Assembly (NCBI GenBank): GCA_965222605.1
Contig: OZ244960.1
Coordinates: 5,568,001 to 5,632,000, forward strand
Source: Candidatus Latescibacterota bacterium
Lineage (GTDB): Bacteria; Latescibacterota; UBA2968
Direction: 5' to 3'
Length of the DNA: 64,000 nt
Position 1 is the first letter of the stretch. Every line of letters begins with the position of its first letter. The notes below the pieces were generated by a model, which had not been told where the DNA came from, ran no database searches, and saw only the letters and a list, made by a program, of their open reading frames with translations. This document shows, piece by piece, positions 18,542-28,054 of this stretch. The translations under genes were made by a program, and so were the position numbers.

Positions 18542-19647
18542 GTTGTATGCCTCCAGGATAATGCCGGTGGTCCTGCCCAAAGTTAATACTCAAATAACTG
18601 ATGTTACGCAGTTTTAAGAATTTGTAGTTCATCAAAAGCATACCGAATGGCCTTGAGATAGAGTCTTGACCTGAGGGCAAAATGATTGAGGTGATGTTTG
18701 ACGCGCAGGCCTTCCAATTGAGCGGCGGCATAAATAGCCATAAAACAATGATTGCTTTGTGTACGCACGCGCCTTGTTGGGGACTTGGATAGGGCGGCAT
18801 TGGACTTGAGGGTTTTATGAAACGTCTCCACTTTCCATCGTTTTTGATAGATCGTTTCGATGGTTTCGCCATCACAAGTAAGATCACTACAAGCCAGAAA
18901 CATCTCCCCTGTGCTATCATCTTTGTTTGTAAAGACTTGCCGGATTAAAAGGACGGGAAAATCTAATCCTTTTATCCATGCTTGCACAGGCGTATCTTCT
19001 GTCAGGTTTTGAGCATCAATGCGTGCGAAACGTCCATCTCGTTTATCTTCATAGCTCAAGGCAACCGTCCTGTTAGATTTTATTGCGACAACGAAGTGCT
19101 TATCCAAGCTGTTGCGAATAAACTGTAAGTTTTCCTTTGCTGAGAACCAACTATCGGCCAATACATAGCGATATTTCAAGCGATTTTGCTTGCACACACC
19201 TAACATGTCCCGCATCAGGTCATTTTTTGTGACCAGGCTCTTGCGCTTGACGCGACGGGTCTTCACATCGGTATAGAGGGCCGGTTTGGTGATCAACTCG
19301 TAAGTCACGGGTAAGCTGACATCGCTTGCGTGATAGACACAATTAAGCAGATTGATACCCTTGACCGTGCGATTTTGACTGTGATCATAGTGCCAACAGA
19401 TTAAGTCATTCTCATCTGTATAAGGCTTTTCCTGGATCGTATCATCAAAGATGAGCACGCCATCATCCTGTTCGATGTCACGGATCATACCCTTAACCTG
19501 TCGCCACAGCGTTTTGCCATTATAGTCTGCTTGTGAGAGAAAACGCGTGACCCGATCATGGCTTATGCGGCCTTCCAACAGCGCGGATAAACCCGTTGCT
19601 GTGGTCGCGCCAAAGGAACTGAGGAGGTAATCGCTATACAATTCTAA

Positions 19648-20574
19648 GAAGCTGTTTTAAAACTATTGTGAGTGAAGAAAAGAGTTGAAAAAGCGTATTC
19701 ATCTGTCCAAATTCAGGTTATGCAAATCACCCTGAAACGAAAGGACAAAGATGAATACGCACAGGGAATATCCGACAAATGTCACCCAAGCGCAATGGCA
19801 ACTGCTGATCCTCTTGCTGCCTAAAGGTAAATGGCGAAAAGGGGGCTCTGGACGCCCACCTGCCAATTTGCAACAAGTGTTCAATGGCATCCTGTATCTG
19901 ACGAAGACCGGCTGCCAATGGCGCATGCTGCCTCCTACCTTTGGCTGTTGGCAGACCGTGTATGGCTATTTCAATCGTTGGCGCAAGCAAGGCATCTTTG
20001 AACGGGTGCAACAGGTGCTCACACAAAAAGAACGCAAACGACAGGGACGCAAGCCTACCGCATCAGCAGGCTGCATTGACAGCCAAAGTGTTAAGACAGC
20101 AACCCAAGGAAAGTCAAAGGGTTACGATGCTGGCAAAAAGGTCAATGGACGCAAACGCCATCTTCTCGTTGATACCCTCGGACTCGTCATTAGCACCTAT
20201 GTCTCACCTGCCAATCTCCAAGATCGAGATGGCCTCAAGCAGGTGATCAATCAGTATTTTGATAGCGGACAGACACGCTTACGCAAGCTATGGGTCGATG
20301 GCGGCTATCGCGGCGAAGACCTTAAAGAATGGGTCGCTGCTAAGAAGCACACACATAAGATTGATCTTGAGGTTGTCACCCCAAAAGGCAAAGGCTTTCA
20401 ACTCGTCAAACGCCGGTGGGTCGTCGAGCGCACCTTTGCCTGGTTATTTAATTTTCGCCGACTATCAAAGGATTATGAAGACTTGACCGACAGTAGTGAA
20501 GCCTTTATTTACATCGTTATGATTTACCTCTTAATCAACAGACTCGCTTAAGCGAGGGGTTTTAAAACAGCTTC
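19648..20574 (+). mobile_element. IS5 family element (IS1031-like)
   Basis: 16-bp TIRs GAAGCTGTTTTAAAAC; TAA target duplication. Confidence 0.9.
19751..20551 (+). CDS. IS5 family transposase
   Basis: TGCQWRMLP, IDSQSVK, GRKRHLLVDTLG, RWVVERTFAW. Confidence 0.95.
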   Translation: MNTHREYPTNVTQAQWQLLILLLPKGKWRKGGSGRPPANLQQVFNGILYLTKTGCQWRMLPPTFGCWQTVYGYFNRWRKQGIFERVQQVLTQKERKRQGRKPTASAGCIDSQSVKTATQGKSKGYDAGKKVNGRKRHLLVDTLGLVISTYVSPANLQDRDGLKQVINQYFDSGQTRLRKLWVDGGYRGEDLKEWVAAKKHTHKIDLEVVTPKGKGFQLVKRRWVVERTFAWLFNFRRLSKDYEDLTDSSEAFIYIVMIYLLINRLA

Positions 20575-20696
20575 TAAGAGTTTTTTGTCCATATTTTTAA
20601 TCTACCACCATAATTTGCAAGGTCACAGGGATGACAAAACCCATACGGGGGGCTACATCCTTGGAATATAAAACATTATTCAACCGGTGCGTAACA

Positions 20697-21293
20697 TCAG
20701 TCAAATAAGATAGCCCCAACAGCTTCGAGGCGATATTGGTTGCCATCGTATGCAATGGTCGTAATGGAGCATTCACGCATTACTTCACCACTGTATGGGG
20801 CATTGCAGAATTTCGGACTAATGCGACTCAGTTCTTCAAACGAAAAAACGTTGAGAAGGAAGTCTGCTAAGACACCGCCATGGGTCACCCCAATCACAGT
20901 ATCTTTGGATGACCGAAGATAGCAATCGGAAACAAATGCTTCAATGCGTCTGCCAGCCTCAATGCTTGAATCGCCAACACTGGGCCGGTAATCTCGTTCT
21001 GTGTTACAACGCTCCCACTGAGCCATGAATTCATCGAAAGATTGTCCTTCGATGTCACCCCAATTCATTCGTTCACGTAGCCGTGAATCTTCAGTAACTT
21101 CAAGATTCAAAATAGTGGCGATGATCTCTGCTGTTTCTCTTGTTCGCGCCAGTGGACTGCTGAAGATTCGTGCGATGCCGTTTGATGCTAACTCCCTGGC
21201 GAGTAGTTCTGCTTCTTGTCGCCCCTCTGAGGTCAATGAAGGATCACCGACCTTGCGGTCTCTCTTACCGTGGCGAATAAAGTGAAAACGCAT
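20697..21293 (-). CDS. Histidine phosphatase family protein (copy 3; last codons altered by the IS)
   Basis: Near-identical to copies 1-2; original 3-prime end lies at 18583-18597. Confidence 0.9.
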   Translation of the reverse strand: MRFHFIRHGKRDRKVGDPSLTSEGRQEAELLARELASNGIARIFSSPLARTRETAEIIATILNLEVTEDSRLRERMNWGDIEGQSFDEFMAQWERCNTERDYRPSVGDSSIEAGRRIEAFVSDCYLRSSKDTVIGVTHGGVLADFLLNVFSFEELSRISPKFCNAPYSGEVMRECSITTIAYDGNQYRLEAVGAILFD

Positions 21294-21370
21294 TAAGCCT
21301 ACCTATCTTCCGATTTTTCTTGTGCACAATTTGTCGGAGTGGGGTTGTTGGGTAATTCTGCGCCGCTTGC

Positions 21371-21463
21371 GTGTAACGGTCGGGACCTGCGAAGCCGCCC
21401 TGTTTTTTAGGGCGGCTTGGGTGGCATCGGGCTGGGAGGATGTACGCAGGTCCCTTGTTATCG
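21371..21463 (-). repeat. attC-like site
   Basis: GTGTAAC...GTTATCG; arms GGGACCTGCG / CGCAGGTCCC; inner AAGCCGCCC/GGGCGGCTT. Confidence 0.85.
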
Positions 21464-21631
21464 GCAGTCGCGAAGGGGTGGTTTCGCCACTTTCAACCCC
21501 TGAGATCAGGGCGTGAATACCGCGAGCGTCATAGACAATCTGCTTTTCTGGTCTTCTGCCTTTTCAGGCATGCAGAGGTTCCATCTCAATTCTTCAGATT
21601 CACCCCCGACTGAACACAACTCGGTGGAAAA

Positions 21632-22351
21632 TCATGACTTACTCGATTTGTCCCTCTGCGCCAACATCTGTTGTCTAACTTTTCTCTTTAAGTTCTTCTT
21701 TCTCTCCCGCTCTTCCTTTTTTTTCTGCCGTTCCTCTCTTTTTGTTTTGCGATGCTGTTGGCTTTTTTTAACCTTCTGAATCCATTCTGCTCTATTGGCT
21801 AAGATTTCAGGGCTACTCTTTTCGCCATATGAAAGCTTGTTTAGAAAATCTATAATTTCATGCTGTCTTCCTCCAATTAAATCTGTGGCTCCAGGCCGAG
21901 TCAGTCCTCCCTCAAGTTCCCAATGATACCTATGAATCAAGGTGTCTATGAGGACCATCTTCTCTTTTGGAGATCTCGCAGTCTGGTATTTCTGGAGGAA
22001 CTCTTGGAGAAAGACCGTGAGACCAGAGGCAGCAAGATGCTTACCTTGTTTGGCTTTATGATACTCGCCCCAGGTGAGTTCCCAGTTGCACGATTCGCAT
22101 CTCAGAATCGTATCCTTCATACCGTCGTGGTCTATCTGGCGATCACATAATGGACATCTTGCTCGTCCAGCACTGGCTTCTCGTGCTTTGAAAATGCTTT
22201 CGATACGAGCGAAGAGTCCAATCCCCACGTCTTCAATAAGCTCTTCGTCTACTATGCCCTGTGCATCAGTTGCATAAAGGCGGGCTATTTTTTCTCTTGG
22301 AACTCGACTTGCCCAAGTTGGCCTGTCGTGTCTTGGTTTCGGGTTGCTCAT
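21632..22351 (-). CDS. Hypothetical protein with zinc-ribbon-like CxxC pairs and basic coiled-coil tail
   Basis: CPLC...CESC; AAGGA RBS. Confidence 0.7.
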   Translation of the reverse strand: MSNPKPRHDRPTWASRVPREKIARLYATDAQGIVDEELIEDVGIGLFARIESIFKAREASAGRARCPLCDRQIDHDGMKDTILRCESCNWELTWGEYHKAKQGKHLAASGLTVFLQEFLQKYQTARSPKEKMVLIDTLIHRYHWELEGGLTRPGATDLIGGRQHEIIDFLNKLSYGEKSSPEILANRAEWIQKVKKSQQHRKTKREERQKKKEERERKKNLKRKVRQQMLAQRDKSSKS

Positions 22352-22493
22352 GTATTCCTTAGAGATTTTTCAGGTTGGTCGATTTGGTGAAAAACTCGAA
22401 GAATCAGAAAAGTTCGAGAATATGATGGGGAGTGGGTTCTGTTTTTGTTTTTGCACGCTAAAGGGTTTTTCTGGGTGGTGTTGGGGCGATTGC

Positions 22494-22634
22494 CCATAAC
22501 GTCTCGCCGGTTGCCGATGTGGCCGTGATCAGTTAAACAAATCGCTGCTTTTACAATCAGGAAACACAAAGCTTCACGAGCCATTTGGGTCGGAGCGACC
22601 GCAGGGAGCGGAGCCGGTCAACCGGCTGTTACAC
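22494..22634 (-). repeat. attC-like site (family B)
   Basis: CCATAAC...GTTACAC; arms GCCGGTTG / CAACCGGC; similar to 12345. Confidence 0.85.
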
Positions 22635-22709
22635 GCAGTTTTTTGGGTGGCACCTACATCAAATTACAATCGGGGCGGGAATAGAGCAGGCGACATCAGC
22701 ATGTTTTTT

Positions 22710-25208
22710 TTATTCATTCCGCAAGGCATCTACAGGATTTGATCGAGCTGCCTTCATTGTCTGGAAACTCACTGTGATCATGGCAATAAGGAAAGCCAAG
22801 ATACCACTTAACATAAAGAACTCAAATCCAAGATCTACCCGATACGCATAATTCTGAAGCCACTGCCACAGGGCATAGTAGCCAATCGGCCAGGCCAAGA
22901 GATTTGCAAGTGCGACCAACTTTGCAAAATCACTGGATAGCAACATAACAATATTGAATACAGACGCTCCCAATACCTTGCGAATGCCGATTTCTTTTGT
23001 ACGGTATTGCGCACTCAATGTGGCCAACCCAAGTAACCCCAAGCAGGCAATCAAAATACCAAGGGTTGAAAAGAAACCAAAAAGATAGCTCAGTTTTCTT
23101 TCATTTTTATAGATTCGATCCAAATTCTCATCAAGAAAAGAAAATGTGAATGGACGATTGGGTATATACCTTTCCCAGACTTTTTGTACAAATGCCAGTG
23201 TTTGAGATAAATCTTCAGATTTGACCTCTAGGTATAGTAGCCTTGCCTCATGAAATTCTGCAACCAATACGAGTCGTCCGATTTTTTCGTCAAGAGGTTT
23301 GTAATGAAAATCTTTGACAACACCGACGACTGTGCCGGAGCGTAGTCCATCTGGGTAGAACGTGCCTCCAACCTTCCAGGCAAATCGTTTCCCTATTGGA
23401 TTTGTCCAACCCAATTGCTCGACCGCTGTTTCATTCAAGATAAACTGCTCGTCTAATTTTTCCCTCAGTCTTTGCGGGTTTGTTGTTTCGGCATATGATC
23501 GCGTGAAATTCCGGCCTGATACGCATTTAATGCCATAGAAATCTAGAAAATCCTCATCCACGATTATCACATCCATACTGTACGTGGATTTTCCTTCGGG
23601 ATGGAATGTCTCTACTGTTGCTCCTTCTCCAACAGGGCCACGGGTGGTTGTTGCTCTGAGAATATTGGGATGCGTCGTGAATGCCTGCTTGATGGCGTTG
23701 TATTGGCTCTTGAAAAGCGTGGGATTGATCATCTGGTTGCTATTCGCTGCCTCAAAAATTGGAACTTCAATAATCTGCTCGTGGTCGAATCCCAGATTCT
23801 TATTTCGAAGAAATTTCTGTTGACTGTAAACACCCCAAGTGACAACCATCAATAAAATGGCAAGAGCAAATTGTCCTACAACCAAACTCTTGCGAAGCCG
23901 AGTAGAGACGTTTGTAGCGGATTTACCTCTCAACATTGAAACAGGGCGAAATGTCGATAAGACAAATGCCGGATAACTCCCTGCCAGAATACCGACGATG
24001 AATATAAGACCGAAAAGGCTGAGCAATAACTGGGTTGTGTTGACATTGAGTGTAATAGCGCGATCAAAAAACGAATTGAAAGTTGGCAATGCCAATTCTA
24101 CCAACACCAAAGTCAAGATAAGCGCCATAATAAGCGCCATACAAGCAAAAAATATAGATTCGCCCAAAAATTGTGTGATGAGCTGCAATCGGTTTGCACC
24201 GACAACCTTACGAAGCCCGACCTCTCGCCTCCGCCCAATTGCACGAGCAGTTGTTAGGTTTATAAAATTCACACAGGCAATTACTAAAATAAAAATAGCA
24301 AGCAAAGAAAACAAATACACATTTTGAATGTCACCATGAGGTTTACTGGTCTCTGGAGTACCACGATTCTCAATTTTGATGCCATAATCATGATTGGAGT
24401 ATAGATGGATGCGGTTTAGGGGCTGCAAATGATATTGAATGTTATTTGCAGCTGCTTCGCCCATGTATTTCGGAATCAGATCTGAAAGTTTGCCTTCAAG
24501 TTGATTCGCATCATAACCTTCTTTAAGCAAAATATAGCTTTCTACAGGACGCCCCCCTCTCGGTTTCCAAGCCATCCATTTTTCTTGCCATCGCCCATTT
24601 TTAGTCGCCGATAAAATATCGAACCGAATGGTCGTCTGCTCAGGCATATTTTTTAAGACGCCTGTAACGTGATGCGCATAATCTTTGTCGTATTCCTCGA
24701 TCAGAATGGTTTTGCCAATCGGATTTTCAGTGCCAAACAGTTTGTGTGCAAGTCTTTGAGTGATTAAAACGGAACCTGGTTCTGAGAGAACCGTTTCGGG
24801 ATCGCCTTGAATCAGTGGAAAGTCAAAAACCTGTAGAACATTCTCGTCTGTAAGGCAAAAGGCTTGTTTGTATATTCTCTTATTGTCAGCAATTATTGTT
24901 CTTTGCCAGCGATGGATACGCAAAGCCTCAGAAATTTCAGGATATACATCCTGATTCAAGACTTCTACGAGACCTCCTAATGTGCGCTCACTAAAAGCTG
25001 CCTGGTCAACTGTTTTAGTCTCTCGAATCACCCTGTAAATTTGATCTCGATTCCTTTGGTTCTGATCAAAACCTAATTCATAGTCGATATAGAGGCCTAT
25101 CAGGATACAACAAGCCAAACCAATGGCTAATCCGATAATGTTCAGAGCTGAGTAGAAACGATGGTTTATCAGGTTTCTCAGCATTATTTTGAGATAATTT
25201 TTCAGCAT
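22710..25208 (-). CDS. ABC transporter permease (MacB/FtsX type)
   Basis: MLKNYLKI, IACVNFINL, KEIGIRKVLGAS, NPVDALRNE. Confidence 0.9.
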   Translation of the reverse strand: MLKNYLKIMLRNLINHRFYSALNIIGLAIGLACCILIGLYIDYELGFDQNQRNRDQIYRVIRETKTVDQAAFSERTLGGLVEVLNQDVYPEISEALRIHRWQRTIIADNKRIYKQAFCLTDENVLQVFDFPLIQGDPETVLSEPGSVLITQRLAHKLFGTENPIGKTILIEEYDKDYAHHVTGVLKNMPEQTTIRFDILSATKNGRWQEKWMAWKPRGGRPVESYILLKEGYDANQLEGKLSDLIPKYMGEAAANNIQYHLQPLNRIHLYSNHDYGIKIENRGTPETSKPHGDIQNVYLFSLLAIFILVIACVNFINLTTARAIGRRREVGLRKVVGANRLQLITQFLGESIFFACMALIMALILTLVLVELALPTFNSFFDRAITLNVNTTQLLLSLFGLIFIVGILAGSYPAFVLSTFRPVSMLRGKSATNVSTRLRKSLVVGQFALAILLMVVTWGVYSQQKFLRNKNLGFDHEQIIEVPIFEAANSNQMINPTLFKSQYNAIKQAFTTHPNILRATTTRGPVGEGATVETFHPEGKSTYSMDVIIVDEDFLDFYGIKCVSGRNFTRSYAETTNPQRLREKLDEQFILNETAVEQLGWTNPIGKRFAWKVGGTFYPDGLRSGTVVGVVKDFHYKPLDEKIGRLVLVAEFHEARLLYLEVKSEDLSQTLAFVQKVWERYIPNRPFTFSFLDENLDRIYKNERKLSYLFGFFSTLGILIACLGLLGLATLSAQYRTKEIGIRKVLGASVFNIVMLLSSDFAKLVALANLLAWPIGYYALWQWLQNYAYRVDLGFEFFMLSGILAFLIAMITVSFQTMKAARSNPVDALRNE

Positions 25209-25389
25209 GTGTCTGCCCCCAAAGAAGTGATTTCGGTTATTGGCAATTTCAGTTCTCATGAAATCAACATAATGGATGCACTCTGGGGATTATTGAGGTA
25301 GAGTATGAAAAGGAGGTTGGGGTGGAAGGCTGTTCTGTCTTTGCCTGCCTGCTACAGGTGTTTTGTTTTTCTGGGGCGGGGAAAATTGC

Positions 25390-25469
25390 GTATAACTACG
25401 GGATTAACGAACTGTTACGGTAATTCATACCAAATCTATGTATCTCCGAGTAGGAAGATGTTGTTAGAG
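25390..25469 (-). repeat. Possible degenerate attC-like site
   Basis: GTATAAC...GTTAGAG between the TA pair and the permease; weak arm pairing. Confidence 0.35.
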
Positions 25470-25497
25470 ATAGTGAAGATACCTGATGATAGCAGTA

Positions 25498-25800
25498 TTA
25501 CACTTTATTGCGCGCCTCTAACCATCGCTTTAGCGAACGTTGGCTCTCTCCTGAAGGTCGGCCAGCCCATACATTTTCGACGCTAATATCCTCATCCAGA
25601 TCAGGCCAATGGATGCCTTCACCTCGACCGATGAGTCGCCAATTATTGCGCTCTTGAGGAGTGCCATGCAATAGACGAGGATACCATTCTAACGGGACGC
25701 TTATGCTTCGCCCATCAACTAAGTCTATCATTAGAGACTCATCGTCGATAGAGATACGCTCTGCAAGCGTAGGCTGAATTTCAATCGTTGAAATACTCAT
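25498..25800 (-). CDS. DUF2442 protein (putative TA partner)
   Basis: DGRSISVPLEWYPRL, GIHWPDLDEDISV. Confidence 0.9.
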   Translation of the reverse strand: MSISTIEIQPTLAERISIDDESLMIDLVDGRSISVPLEWYPRLLHGTPQERNNWRLIGRGEGIHWPDLDEDISVENVWAGRPSGESQRSLKRWLEARNKV

Positions 25801-26017
25801 TCCAAAACTCCACGATATCGTCTTGTTTTTCCTCAATAATCCTTCTGATACGCCTCAGATCAGCACTGCGAAAACCTCTGCTTCTCTGTAATCGGATAGG
25901 TTCTATCCAAAACTTTGCGATAGAATCATCTCTTTCCACATGAACATGAATCGGTTCATCCCGGTCACCTGCATAAAAGAAAAATCGGTAGGGACCATTT
26001 GAAAAAATAGTTGGCAT
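25781..26017 (-). CDS. DUF4160 protein (putative TA partner)
   Basis: YRFFFY, EPIHVHV, AKFW. Confidence 0.9.
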   Translation of the reverse strand: MPTIFSNGPYRFFFYAGDRDEPIHVHVERDDSIAKFWIEPIRLQRSRGFRSADLRRIRRIIEEKQDDIVEFWNEYFND

Positions 26018-26051
26018 GTAATATATATCATTGTCCTGCAATGATGTAGAT

Positions 26052-26088
26052 ACTAAAAGCCCACGTACTTTGACTGTGGGCTTTTAGT
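26052..26088. terminator. Intrinsic terminator at the array/core boundary
   Basis: ACTAAAAGCCCAC / GTGGGCTTTTAGT 13-bp stem. Confidence 0.75.
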
Positions 26089-26122
26089 GTGATTCCTACC
26101 TTTCGCAACTGGTTTTTATAGA

Positions 26123-26872
26123 TCAAATTTCGGTCTTTTCTTTTAAGGAGAGAAGTTGATCGCGTAGCTCTGCGGCGCGTTCGAAGTCTTCGAGGCCCAC
26201 GGCTTCGCGGATCTGATCGCGCAGGTTCTGTGACAGTGTTTTGGGGCGGTCGCGACGAATCTCGTCTGCCCACTCCTGGAGGAAGGCGATTTCTTCACTT
26301 TCGTCAATGAGGTCGTGCCGATCAAATTCCTTAAAAAAGGACTGGAGTTCGTCAATACCTGTGTCAATTTTTGACAGTGCCATATCGTAGGCTTCGCGTT
26401 CGAGATACATCAGGACTTCAGCCCGTACGCGGTGTCCAATGACAAAGGGGCGACAGTGCTCAAACGCCATACGGTCTTCCTCGTCTTCTGCGTATTCTTT
26501 GACAAAATCGAAAAGTGCGAGATTGCGTTCGGCGTCTTTTTTGGCGTTGAGATATTCGCCTATTTCGAGAAAGCTGATGCGGCGATGATAATATTGGTGG
26601 GCTTCCATTTGGAGGGCCATGCAGCTTTCAGAATCGAGCACAAAGTCTTCTGGACCGCGTTTTTTCGCCTGCGCTTTGTAATAGTGCAAGAGCGATTCAC
26701 ACCCTTCGGGCTGTTGACCGTCGGGGCGACCGGTGACATCCATTTGCAAGATGCCCATTTCGATGCGGAGTTGAACTTTTGCGCGACCATCATCTCCTAT
26801 AATTTTGCGAACGCACAATTGACCGGGTTCACAAGGCCAGTCATCCAGAAGTGGCTGAATATCCTTACTCAT
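26123..26872 (-). CDS. UvrB/UvrC motif-containing protein
   Basis: GRPDG; C-terminal EDFERAAELRDQL. Confidence 0.8.
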   Translation of the reverse strand: MSKDIQPLLDDWPCEPGQLCVRKIIGDDGRAKVQLRIEMGILQMDVTGRPDGQQPEGCESLLHYYKAQAKKRGPEDFVLDSESCMALQMEAHQYYHRRISFLEIGEYLNAKKDAERNLALFDFVKEYAEDEEDRMAFEHCRPFVIGHRVRAEVLMYLEREAYDMALSKIDTGIDELQSFFKEFDRHDLIDESEEIAFLQEWADEIRRDRPKTLSQNLRDQIREAVGLEDFERAAELRDQLLSLKEKTEI

Positions 26873-26969
26873 CGGTGCGTATCCTCCATTGATAAATTGA
26901 CTGAGGAAAATAAGCTCAAAGGCAGTTTACCATAATCACCAAAGGTTGTCAAGAAATTAGCCTGTCCCG

Positions 26970-28007
26970 CTAATCGACTGATACACCCAGTTCATTTGCT
27001 GTTTCGACTGTGTTGTCCCAGGTTTCGTCTTCAATAAAGATGCCTTCGGCTTCGCGTTTGGTGCGTGTGTCGTGTTCTATTTCCCCTGGGAGATAGATTT
27101 TATCGACACCGGGCTGGATGCGAGAGGACTTGATCCAGTCACAGAGACGGCCAATTTCGTTGAGATAGTCAGAGAGATCGATAAAGCTGTCGATTTTGAT
27201 GGCGATGGCGATATAGCCACTGCCGCCTCGCGTGGGTTGTTCTGAACTGCATCCCGCCCATGAGAGGCCGCCCGCGATGGCGTCGATCATCATGCCCAGG
27301 CCATATCCCTTGTGGCCTTGTGGCCCGCCCAGAGGCAGCATCGCCACGTCGTTACCTTTGAAGCGATTGGGGTCATTCACGGGATTGCCGTCTGCATCTA
27401 CGAGCCAGCCATCGGGTGTTTGCTGTCCGCGCGCGCGATACACATCGACTTTGCCACCGGCAGACATACTGGTGGTCATGTCGAGCATGAGGGGAGGACC
27501 ATTGGGTGTGGGGGTGCTGAAGGCAATGGGATTGGGAGGCAGACGTCGGCTCGTGCCGCCAAAGGGGGCGGTGAATCGCCCGCCGCCATTGAGCATGAGC
27601 AGGCCAATGCAGTTGCGTTCAGCCGCTTTGGGCGGATAATCGCCCAGGCGACCGATGTGACTGGATCGGTGAACGGCTACGGCGCCGATGGTGTGTTCAA
27701 GGGCGCGGTCGGTAGCCATTTGCATGGCTTTGTGGGCGACGACAATACCGATGGTGCGCTCGGCATCAATAACGGCAGAGACCGGGGTTTCTCGGATAAT
27801 TTTGAGTTCGCTTACGGGCTTGATATTGCCGCTTATGATGGCGCGAATATATCCCGGCGTGCGAATAACACCGTGCGAGTCGTGCCCGTAGAGGTTGGCA
27901 TCCACGAGGTGGTCGGCTACAATATGGGCCTGATCTTCTGGAAATCCCGCAGCGCTGTAGAGTTCGCGTTGCAGGGTTCGAAGGTGCGTTGCGTCAATAA
28001 TGGGCAT
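26970..28007 (-). CDS. Ldh_2 family oxidoreductase
   Basis: GHDSHG, HIGRLG, GHKGYGL. Confidence 0.9.
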   Translation of the reverse strand: MPIIDATHLRTLQRELYSAAGFPEDQAHIVADHLVDANLYGHDSHGVIRTPGYIRAIISGNIKPVSELKIIRETPVSAVIDAERTIGIVVAHKAMQMATDRALEHTIGAVAVHRSSHIGRLGDYPPKAAERNCIGLLMLNGGGRFTAPFGGTSRRLPPNPIAFSTPTPNGPPLMLDMTTSMSAGGKVDVYRARGQQTPDGWLVDADGNPVNDPNRFKGNDVAMLPLGGPQGHKGYGLGMMIDAIAGGLSWAGCSSEQPTRGGSGYIAIAIKIDSFIDLSDYLNEIGRLCDWIKSSRIQPGVDKIYLPGEIEHDTRTKREAEGIFIEDETWDNTVETANELGVSVD

Positions 28008-28054
28008 ATAGTTATGTCCTTTCGAAAAGAATGAGCGTGTGTGCCAGAGTTCAA

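Larger units (their letters stand above)
18604..20592 (-). pseudogene. IS701-like transposase split at about codon 6
   Basis: Removing 19648-20577 restores MDKKLLELYSDYLLSS; IFDDT, LADSWF, RWKVETFHK motifs. Confidence 0.85.
18598..20700 (-). mobile_element. IS701-like element interrupted by an IS5-family element
   Basis: 13-bp TIR CTGATGTTACGCA at both ends; 8-bp target duplication TCAAATAA (18590-18597, 20701-20708). Confidence 0.9.

Noticed and set aside
13283-21293. Diversity-generating retroelement (template/variable repeats) among the phosphatase copies
   Set aside because: Differences are spread across whole genes, do not appear adenine-specific by eye, and no reverse transcriptase is present
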